DNA of 63,653 nucleotides, filler included, from Folioceros fuciformis (Eukaryota): NCBI GenBank assembly GCA_049999805.1. It is 7 parts of 7 records of this genome, joined end to end, with 100 filler letters (N's around TTAATTAATTAA, not from the genome) between each part and the next. Parts side by side here need not be neighbours in the genome. Positions count along the whole stretch, not along the records: positions 33,048 to 44,970 come from JBNGIO010005098.1; positions 45,071 to 53,351 come from JBNGIO010005099.1; 5 more parts are not named here. One strand, 5' to 3'. Shown piece by piece: positions 35,706 to 45,841 of this stretch (position 1 is its first letter; each line of letters starts with the position of its first letter). The notes under the pieces were generated by a model. It saw only the letters and a program-made list of their open reading frames with translations, ran no database searches and was not told where the DNA came from. The position numbers and the translations under genes were made by a program.

Positions 35706-38700
35706 TTACACTCGCCAACCAGGTATGTGTAGACCATCGAGTGGTTCAGACCAGTGTAGCTTTCTAGTCAGTGTGGTGCGGACCTCGGGACACTGCACGT
35801 TCTTCATTTTGGTCACATCGTGCGTCACTCTTGTTAGAATGCTCGCCACATCTTCGGTACGAGAGTGGTCAATGATGGCTCTCATGAAAGCTACGATGAA
35901 GTTTGTGCCTTCCTCAACATCTCTGAAGGATAAGTCTCCAGGATTGGTAGAGAAGGCGATGAGAAAATCTTTCGCCTGGTGCAAGGGTCGAATTCTTTTG
36001 CTGAGACCCTGGCTTCCCTGCACGTTTGACCCCTCGGCTTTGCTGGTAGTGGAAGAGTCGGCGAGGCACGACCCCTGTGCTTTCATGTTTCGACAAGACG
36101 GCCAGTGCCTCGACAAGCATTTATGACAACCACCTTCGGCTTGTCTGCCAAATACTCGCATTCGGCGATGGGCTTCAAAATATCTTCTTCAACATAAAGC
36201 TTCTCCACCTCCCCTGCTTCACCTGAGCAAACATACTCTCTTCCGTCTTCATCAGTTCCACCATGGGCGTTCACGCAAAACAGAAAGCAGTCGTCTTCTG
36301 CTAGGCGAGGGACCCTGAGAATGGCTTTCAACCTTGATTTCACCACGATGGCGTTCACCACGATATCTGTATCAAAATTCAACATCTCGAAGAGTGCTTC
36401 AAGTCGCCCTCTGTCTACCTGTCCTCCATGTCTGTGGTCTTCCATGCTGACTATCATTGCAAGACCTCTCCGGTGACCTGCTTTAACCCTTTCGTTAGGG
36501 TATGATAGTTCCTTCCCTGACTTGCGTAGACGCGGTACCTGTAGCTGACTTGTTCCAGCTGAAGGGCCCCTCGTTGCGTCGAGGGATGGACGGGGCCCCA
36601 AAGCAGACTGCACCTCTTCGCTACTTAACAGATCCCTGGCTTTCTCGTATACAAGGGATAGACCAGCTTCAGGCATTTCTGGCCAGCACCATTGATAATC
36701 GGACGATTTCGAGCCGGAGGAAGCCTGTACTGGATGCCTTTTATGATGATCTAAAAGAAACTTCATCAAATGCTGGTTGAGAACCGATTGACTGTGCCGG
36801 TGAATACAGAGTGTGAGCTTCTCCACACACTCAGTCCTGATGATCCCTTCTACTAGTTCAACTCCAGGACTACCTTCAGGAGAGGCACAAAATGCTCTCA
36901 GTTCCGCAACAATGCTCTGCTGGAGAAACTGGATCGTTTCGTCTTTGCTCTTGAGTGACCTCATCAAAATGTCGACACGATCCCCAATGTCCCCGGTCTC
37001 GTCCCGAATATCCCCGCTGCTCTCCAAAAACACGTCCATACCATCGTAGTTAAATCTGATCAAGTTACGCGCAATACTGTACTGATGAGACTGCATACCG
37101 CAGAGCCCATCCAACAAGATCTGTCGTAACTTGACCTGCAATGCACAACCGTTGGCGATAGTCAGGAAACCCAAGAGAGGATAAATCACTATCGACAGAT
37201 CTACAGAGAAAGTTCACAGGTAACGTACTTGGAATCTTGGAAAGAAGCCTGGACCGAGAAACGTCTTGGTTTCATCTCGGCATTGTAGCCGCCTGCCCAC
37301 GCAGTTGTACTGGCCCGCCATTTGCCAGTCCCAGTGCAGCTGTCGTTCCCCACGAAGAGCTTTACCTTCGGCGTCATCCAAGGTGAAGGGAACGAAGAAT
37401 CCAGGCCTTGGATTCGCATCATCTCGATAGCACAAGTTCAGTCTCATCATCAATGATACCAAATCTTCAACACGAATCCTGTCGGCCGCGTGCGTGTCCT
37501 TGAGGATCCGGGCTAAGGTGTCGTTGAGGAGGTCTTCAGCAATAAATCCACGGTCTCGCGATCTCCCCAAGGAAGGCTGTCCGGCTAGGCGCTCAGTGAG
37601 ATAGCCCAGGAACGAATGGCTGATCCAGTGTGGATTTACCACTACAGCATCTGCATCTTGGAACCAGATGACCCGGCCTGCATTGTGCAGATAGGCAAGA
37701 ATTGCTTGAAGGCGTTGCTCATCATCTTCCTCAAAAACCTTTTTGCATCTCTCCGTGGTCACCAGAGGCCGAGCTGGATTTTGAGATACCCAGTGTGTCA
37801 AAGCAGAGCTCAATCGATTGCACACCTTCGGTACCCAAAACAGAGGAAGCGCAAATAGCTCTTGAAATGATTGGAATAGCTGCTCCAGCAAAGGCTGCAC
37901 AATCTGTTTAGATCGAGCATCCATGAAGAAAGGCGTTGTCCTGATAAGGAGTACCTCCCCGAAAGTCTTGGCCACCTCTTCCACGGCTGGTTGCAGCAGA
38001 CCAACCAGATATTTGAAATCCAAATCCTCCATCCGATCCTTATGAGTGACAACCACAAATACCCGAGGCAAACAGGAACCCACGTTGCGAGAATTGGAGT
38101 GGATGAATCTAAGCCAAAACTTGAAGCCGTTCCTGAACTTGTCCAGCAGCATTTCATCGGACGGAAGGGGGTCGCCAGGCTTGTGGGCATCAAGTGGGTT
38201 GAATGTGAACAGGAAGACACATGTCTGGTTGAAGCTGGGGAACAAGTAGTCTTGCAGAGCTCGGTAGTGAGCTTGTCCAGCCAGATCCCAAATGGTAACT
38301 TCCATCTCGTCGTCGTTCCGCAGCACCTCGATTTCTATGCCTTCCGTTCTGGGGACTATTCCCACCTGGTTGGATGATGCGGCTCCTGTGAGTGGAACAT
38401 TACCGAACCAGGAACGATTCCAAGCTGGAGACAGTTGTTCCCACAATTGGACTTGGATGGCTGATGTAGCTCCTGTACAATGTGATGTGTGTGGTTGCGA
38501 TGCGCGCCATGCGGTGATCATGGTGTTTCGGAGAGTGGTCTTCCCCGCGTAAGGTGCACCGCACAGGAAAAGGCGGCCGACCCTGGGCTTCACAGCCTCT
38601 TGCCCCTCCAAAAGCAAAGGCCAGTAAGCCCTGTGACTAACATTGCGTGCCAACGTCGCGTTGATGATGGCCTGCTTACCCTCGATACCCCAGTTCGTGT

Positions 38701-39925
38701 AGCCTATGTGGATCTCCTGTAAAGTGGTGTTGACTTGGAGGCAATGCATCAACTCTCTGAACAACTCATCGTCGAGTTCCCGGCAAGCCAGAAGGCAGAG
38801 CTCATTCAAAGATGTATTTTTCTGCAAAGACTGCACAACCGCTTTGATGAAAGAGGGTCCGCTTGTCCCCACCAAAGTCAAGATGCGTAATGATTTGCAT
38901 TCCAGAAACGACATCGAAAATTCACTAAACGACTCGTCACCGTAATAGTCGGACAACTTAAGTGTGGAGAGGGTGGAGTTGTGGCGCCAGGCGTCCAGGC
39001 CGAACTCGACAACAAAACAGCTGATGCTAAGCTCCGTGATACAATCGTTGGTGCGCAACATTCCGGCCAGCGCGTCCGCCAGGCCTGGCTCCTCTCTGTT
39101 CCGGATATGCAACGTCAGCTTGGTGACCCCAGATATGGGGGCATCAGGCTGGGCTTGAGCACGGGTGAAAGCCAGTTTCAACACAATGCTCATGGGCCCC
39201 AGGCTACCCTGTACGGAACCCCTAACTGCATCATACGGATTTTCATCATTCAAAGAAAGCTCCCGGAGCGAGGCACAGAACGGAAGAGCGTTTGCAATAC
39301 ACTGGGCTCCCTCCTCATTCATGGCGATATCACCCAGATCCAGGACATCGAGAAGGGGAGCGGTTGCCAGCATGCGAGCCAGGTGCTGTGCCCCTTCACC
39401 ATCTCCCACAATGTTCCCGCTTATGTCCAAATCCTCCAGGACAGAATCCTGGTTGAAGCCATCGACCAGGGCACCAAGTCCAGCGGCATCAAGCCCAATC
39501 ACGCTTGTCTTCAGCCGTCGCAAGCTGCGACTGGAAGCAATAAGCTGGCCCAGGGCCTTGCAACCTGCCAGCCTTCCAAAACCTTCGCAATGATCCAGAT
39601 CAAGAACTTCCAGGGAAGGGTTGGATGCCAGGCACTCCAACAGAACCGCGCATTCATCTTCCCGACCGATGCCGATCCCCCAATTCCAACGGATGCGCAG
39701 GTCGCGGCGGAGACTGCGGCACTGGCCAACAGCTGTCAATACCCGCTTGCGCACTCGCCAGTGCCTGTCATCCGTGCTCGTTGAAGCTCCCTCACTGAAG
39801 AAATCGCCGTACTCCTCTCCGCCCAAATCGGGGAGTTGGGTCAAGGCGTGCACTTCCAGATCTGCCAGCAGCTGTTGCAACTTTTCCGGCAACTCCCGCC
39901 TGTCATAGTCCTCCTGCTCCGCCAT
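35706..39925 (-). CDS. TORNADO1-like Roco protein (LRR-ROC-COR) fused to a C-terminal caspase (peptidase C14A-type) domain; exons 39925-37229 and 37135-35706 with a 1-nt frameshift at ~36088; about 1375 aa if corrected
   Basis: RI-type LRRs (LEVLDLDHC, LEDLDISGN, LRELSLN); ROC G1 GAPYAGKTT, G2 RTEGIEI, G3 WDLAGQ, G4 THKD; TRN1-like COR (RRLQC...FLGPGFFPRFQ|VKL, GIIRTECV, DYQWCW); 93-nt GTACGT..TTGCAG phase-0 intron at 37136-37228; caspase motifs RRGLAMIV, RHGGQVDRGRLEALFEMLNF, DCFLFCVNAHG, LADKPKVVVINACRG, DFLIAFSTNPGDLSFRD..GTNFI, QCPEVRTTLTRKL. Confidence 0.9.
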
Positions 39926-40007
39926 GCTGTGCTACGCTGCGCTTCCCAATGCAAGCAAATACGATGAATGGATTGTTGTATGTATCATCCGTTTTGTAGC
40001 AGGGGCA

Positions 40008-40400
40008 GCAACCTCACAGCACACACTCGAGGATTGCGACACCAGACAAGGACAGGCTACGGGACAGGCAACTCACAAGCACACACGAGCGGAGGGTTGG
40101 GACACCAGACAAGGATAGGCCAGCAGCCAGCAACCTCCCAACAACACACTCGAGGAGGATCGGCAGACCACACAAGGATAGGCTAGGGGACGGTGACATC
40201 AACCTCACAGGACACACACACTTGAGGAAGATCCCGATTGGAACACCAGACAGAGATGGACTAGAGAACGACAACCTCACATCATACACACTTGAGGAGG
40301 ATCCCGAGTGGAACACCAGCCAGACACGGATAGGCTAGGGGACGACAACCTCACACCACACACACTCGGTGAGGTATAGGGACACCACCACACAAGGTCT
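40008..40400. repeat. Degenerate ~60-75-bp tandem repeat just upstream of the Roco-caspase ATG
   Basis: About six recurrences of CAACCTCACA...CACAC(T)CGAGGA...CACCAGACAAGGATAGGC. Confidence 0.7.
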
Positions 40401-41340
40401 GTTAAATGTCCGAGACGAGAGGGTTGTGTGGTAGCCGGCAATAGAGCAGCCAGGTCTCACTCCACTCTCCCTCCACTCATCAACGCGTGAGCGTGCTTGA
40501 CTTTTCTCTTTCCCCACGCTCTCTCTGTCTGTAACCAGTGGATATTCCTCCTCCATACATAAAGAGCTGCCAGGTCTCCCTCCACTCATCAATGAGTGAG
40601 CGTGCTTGTGCTTGGCTTTTCCCCTTCCCCACGCTTCTTTCTCTCTGTGTCTGTGGCTGTGTCTGTGACCAGTGGATATTCCTCCTCCATTTGTGCGAGC
40701 TCAGTATTTTATCAAAGCACACCTACCTAGGTGTTGTGGAATCACTGGGCCGCCCAGCATCGTGGACACGACACCACACGACAGGACACCAAAGGCTAAA
40801 CTTTTCTCAGCTGCTGCTTCCAATTCTCTCGACCTTACCCGTAGTTGTTCCAACACCACATGCACCAAAGATGCCTTCCTTTACATGGAAGGCGCCAAAG
40901 ATGCCTTCCTTTACATGGAAGGCAGGTACAGTACAGCAGCTTTTGTGGGCCCTAGGACCCACCTCACCTCACCTCAAGGGCCTTTCACAATGCAAACGAC
41001 ACCGGGGGCGGGACTGTGCAGTTCGTTTTGCGCTTCCCGAGTTAGGAAAACTGCCGAAAACTGTGGATCACGGCGCCGTTCGACACGAACGGCGCTAAGA
41101 AGGAAACTGTGACCGCAGTTCAGTGTCAGCGGGTAGGACGGGCCGGGTCGGCACATGAAACGGGCCGCGTCCAAAGTTGGTAATCTTCATTAATAAATTA
41201 ATTATTAATTTATAGACTATATAGTTCCCTGGTCCTGTGGCCGACCACTCACTTTCTGGTTGGTGTGATGTGTCTATTGTGTCTTTGCGCTCTTCTCCTA
41301 TTATAGGATTTTTGGAGTTTCTGTATATTTTTATATATTA

Positions 41341-42756
41341 ATGGATCCATTATTATATACTGCTCTAACCATGTTGTCTTCGGATCATCAGACACGTCTT
41401 GCATTTGATAATGACTTGTCCTCAACTTTTATTTTTATTGTAGTTTTCTTATTTGCCATGAGTGGAATTTTGGAAGAATTATCATCCTAGAAGCGAAAGA
41501 GAGAATGGTGGAAGTTTCCTCGGCAAATCACATTATGGAGAGATATTCACATGCGAGCATGGCATAGCAATGGAGTTAAGGTACGGGATGCTCGATGGCA
41601 ATTTGCTATAGAATGTCATATCCTAACTTTTGGGTCTTAGTTGATATGCTACGACCCCTACATGCCTCGCACATCGATTAGGGCACCTCTTCAACTCCAC
41701 CATGCCGTTGCTATGGTGCTCCATCAGCTTGCTATGGGGTTGCTACCTCATATTGTTGCATATATGTATGGCGTAGGATCTTCAAGTGTGGCTCAATACA
41801 CCATTATGATTTCAGACATATTGAGTAATGATTTCAGAGATATTGAGTAATAAGGAAAAGTTATTTTCCAGATTGGTTCAGTGGCCTACAGGGATGGAAC
41901 TAGAGCTAACAACTTCAAAGTTCAAGCAACTCACAGGTTTACCCAATATGGTTGGAACTATAGATGGTTCTCACATCAAGCTGGCTACACAACCAAGTCT
42001 ACCCAATATGGTTGGAGCTATAGATGGTTCTCACATCAAGCTTGCTACACAACCAGGTCTACCCAATATGGTTGGAGCTATAGATGGTTCTCACATCAAG
42101 CTGGCTACACAACCAGGTCTACCCAATATGGTTGGAGCTATAGATGGTTCTCACATCAAGCTGGCTAAACAACCTAACAGGATACATAACCCAGTTGCAT
42201 ACTGGTGTCGTCATGATATTCACTCTGTTGTACTACGAGGTGTATGCGATGTTGACAAAAAAATTCATCGATGTATGTTGCACTCATCCTAGTGGAGTTA
42301 GTGATGCGACAATTCTTTGGGAGAGTAGCATATGGGAGAAGATGAAGACAAGTGTTATTTTAAGAGACCCTATTCTACATATCGAGGATATTGAAATGAC
42401 TCCATATATCTTAGGTAATAGTGCTTACTCATTAATGCCTTTCTTCATGAAACCATTTCATGCAACAGGTGAAGATCGGACTAAAAATCATTTCAATCGG
42501 TGTCCTTAAGAAGGGGCAGAGTGAAAGTGAGAATGCTTTTGCCTTGTTGAAAAATACGTGGCGTATTCTAAAGAATCTTAATGTGTGTTTGAAGTATGCT
42601 CTACAGGTCGTCATCGCTTATTGCGCACTTCATAATTTTTGTATAAAGGTTGGAGAGTTAGAAGCACAACAATATGATGAAGACCCATTTCCACTACAAG
42701 ACACTGAGTGTAATCATACTTGGGAAGTCTTGAAGAGCGTCGGATGCACAATATAG
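41341..42756 (+). pseudogene. Harbinger DDE transposase (HARBI1-like), broken
   Basis: LPNMVGAIDGSHI, HSVVLRGVCD, DATILWES, YILGNSAY.LMP, ENAFALLKNTWRIL, CALHNFC, with frameshifts and stops. Confidence 0.9.
41934..42174 (+). repeat. 60-bp tandem repeat x4 within the transposase
   Basis: ACCCAATATGGTTGGAGCTATAGATGGTTCTCACATCAAG recurs at 41941, 42001, 42061 and 42121. Confidence 0.95.
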
Positions 42757-43299
42757 TAGTGATAAAATAAGTTGTTTGAGTATTGGAAAAACAAAAGGAC
42801 CGAAGATGTTTGAGGTTTTGTAGTAGCAAAGTTGTTTGTGGCATACAAACATATGTTTAGAAACTTGATATAGATTGCATGAATTTCTATGGAAATTTGT
42901 GTATTTGAAATTGTATGAAAATTGTTGAATAAGCTGAAATAACTAAATATGAGAGCACGCATAAAACCGATGCACACATGTACCTATAAGCTACTGCTAG
43001 ATGCACACATCCTTGACATGCAATGTATCGACAAATTCCACTACCCACCAACTAACTTGCCATACCACAAGCACACGTGGAGAACATGCTATATGTTTGA
43101 GTGGCAAGAACTGTGTGTGCTTATGTCTCCTTGTCGCTACACACTTTCATCAAGCCACTGAAACCAAACATGCTACTTTCCTAAAGGGAATCTTCTTGCC
43201 AAGATAGTAGCAACCTTCCTACCCTGCATGGAGCCTCTTGCCTTTTTGGTAGGCAAGCAACTTCCCTGCCTTCATTGATGGGCCAGCAACCTTGCATGG

Positions 43300-44354
43300 A
43301 GCCAACCTACCTTGTCTGGAGTTTTGCTCACTTGTTGCCCTTCTCCCTTCCAAGTCTGTCACAAGTCTTAGGAGTTTGTTTGCCATCTACATCTTACCTT
43401 TATTGCCACTTCTGCTATGTTCACCAAGGCCTCCTTCAGGTAACCTTGCAAGCTTTGCTGCAATTTTCAGTTGGTTTTCCATCTGCAATTCATCTCAGCA
43501 GAGCTCATGCTGCAACATCAGTTGTTGCATGTGAAGTTGGTTTGCCATTTTGGCTGCTTTAATCTTTGCCAGATAATCAGCGAAAGATGATAAGTCTGCT
43601 GCAATTTCTTTTCTCACTCCTGAAATAGAAGACCTTCTACGCTTGACCTTTTTACCTTGTATAGGATCACTCATATTATCTTGTTCTGTTGTGCTTAGCT
43701 TACTTGGGGATTCTGCATAGTGCTCCTCTATTGCCTCTTGAGCTTTGGAAGTGACATGATGGGGTGCATGCGGTGAATCACCTTGAGAAGCTTGCTCCAA
43801 ATCAAATAAGTAAGTTCCACTCTTTGCAGCATCTGAAGGTGAGTTGGCAGTACCTTGTAACATCTTTGACTTGCTAAGATCCAAGGCACCTGGAATCCCT
43901 TGGAATTTGGGGCTTTTGTCACAAAGGTCTTCCATCACATGGAAGTGAGGCCACGAGGAATTGATGCTTCCTGTTGCTGGTTTTTGCTCTTCTCCTTTCG
44001 GTACCGCTTCTTGAGATTTTCCATTTTCATCTTACAATTTTTTGCAATCACACCAGAAAGGCCACAATTGTTACTAACTTCATCAGCCACCTCATTCTAA
44101 TGTCTTGTAGTGAGGTTACCTTGCTTGAGGTGCAGCAGGTGCATCTCATGATAGACTTTTATCAGAATAGTTGTTGCCTCTTCACTCCACATGAGGTTGC
44201 TATCACACTTTGATTTGGCTGTAGCATGTTGCTCCTTTGAGCCTCTAAGGAGATCATCGTCTTGGTCTTCAAAGCCTTCTCCATCCTCCACAACGGTAAG
44301 ATGTTCCATGGTCTGTCTTGTGAAGTCTTGGAATTCGTTTTGTGCCTCATCCAT
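43300..44354 (-). pseudogene. Harbinger Myb/SANT-like (trihelix) DNA-binding protein, broken
   Basis: WSEEATTILIKVY...*NEVADEV...CKMKMENLKKRYRKEK; lies within the TIRs, convergent to the transposase. The 3' end is approximate. Confidence 0.8.
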
Positions 44355-45070
44355 GACTGACAGATGAAGTGTTGATTGGCGAGGAGGCGGAGTATGTGGC
44401 TGAGGCTAAGAAGAGGCTAGAGTACTTGTGGTGGAAGCTAGAAATTTTGCTGTGAAGGCTAGAAGAGTCTTCATCCTCGCGAGAGGTGGACGTGTGGGAG
44501 AGTGGTGACCTAAGTTGTATGATTATTAATTATAATTATACCATCACGGGTATACAATGGAAACAGAGCAAGTCCCTGGCCCGTTTTTTGGACCAAATAT
44601 AGAATACTGCAAACTCAATGTGAGTGCAATTTGCTACTTTCTTTGATGGAAAGAAAGCTTTTTTTAGAGCTTTTGTTTTCTTTTCAAGAAACGGCGTAGT
44701 ACTTTGAACTGCCATTGTGAAAGGCCCTTCAGCAAGGTTCCTAGCACAGTCATGGTCATGACCCTTTCTTTGGACTCATCAAGGGGAACGCGGTTTGTCC
44801 GGACCAACCGCCCAAGGGCCAAATTTCGTGAATTTCATTTTGAATGAAAATTTGTATATGATATATACATATATATAATGTAGGTATTTGAAATTAGGAA
44901 TGAAAAAAAATATGTATTTAAAGTTCATAGTTTTAGAATATCTATCTAAGTTCAAAATGCAGTAAATGCGNNNNNNNNNNNNNNNNNNNNNNNNNNNNNN
45001 NNNNNNNNNNNNNNTTAATTAATTAANNNNNNNNNNNNNNNNNNNNNNNNNNNNNNNNNNNNNNNNNNNN

Positions 45071-45841
45071 AGCAACAGCAGCCAGCGTAGGATCCGTGTC
45101 CTTGATAGCGTAGACGAGTAAGGCGATGTTGCTGTCATTGAATTGTTGCAGGAGAGGAGAGAGCTCCGCAGGTTAAGCAGGGGACTGGCCATTTGTGAAC
45201 ACAAGTACAATCTGCAAGCAAGAACTGATGTCACACATCACGTAATTTGGCTTCCAGTGTTCAAGAGATGCATGTTTGAGACTGTTTCAGCAGCCATTAC
45301 AACACCACCTACCTTGAGGGCCTCAGCAGCTGACCCGGTTTTAAAGACTTCGAGGGCTTGTGATATACCAGTCGTCAAGTTTGAAACTTTTGCCGAAGTG
45401 TTGACAGCCAGCCCTAGAACTTCTTGGAAAAGTGGATTACTAGTGTTCACAGCATCTGTTACCAGAAGCTGCAGGCAAAGATGCGCATTTGAGAAATCAA
45501 TCATAGAGCAAACACGTCGTCTACAAAGACTTTACCTGAGTATTCCTGCTCTGGACTGGGCTGGTACACTCCATAACAAGCCTACCTGACCTAAAAGGTT
45601 TGCTGTAGGCTGGGTGCTGTAGGAGAAGACCGTAGCACGGTCCCCTTGCGTCAGTGTGCGCAGCAGCTGCTCAGTGATGCCTTGTGCACCTGCTAAGGCA
45701 GCAGTTGTTTTAAAAACTCCAAACTGCTCTTCCATGGAGGAGGACACATCTACAAGATCCACAAGGTCTTTGAGAACTGAGATGGCTCCTATGTACCAGG
45801 GTCTGATTCTTGGATCGTAACCGTTGCAGTCCAGCACTTCT
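45071..45841 (-). pseudogene. Fragment of a VWA-domain gene resembling the VWA_N/VWA region of calcium-channel alpha2delta-like proteins
   Basis: YDPRIRPWYIGAISVLKDLVDLVDVSSSM (MIDAS-like DxSxS), LTQGDRATVFSY, SNLTTGISQALEVF, IVLVFTNG followed by an in-frame stop; truncated by the gap. Confidence 0.7.

Larger units (their letters stand above)
40977..44728. mobile_element. PIF/Harbinger DNA transposon, complete ends, decayed ORFs
   Basis: Perfect 16-bp TIRs AGGGCCTTTCACAATG (40977) and CATTGTGAAAGGCCCT (ends 44728); 3-bp TSD TCA on both sides; convergent transposase and Myb/SANT ORFs. Confidence 0.93.

Noticed and set aside
38981-39784. 267-aa + strand ORF and other ORFs overlapping the Roco gene
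   Set aside because: Antisense shadows of a GC-rich coding sequence with no recognisable motifs.
41934-42174. Regularly spaced repeats that could suggest a CRISPR array (also 25151-25270 and 40008-40400)
   Set aside because: Head-to-tail repeats without unique spacers, no cas genes, eukaryotic context.
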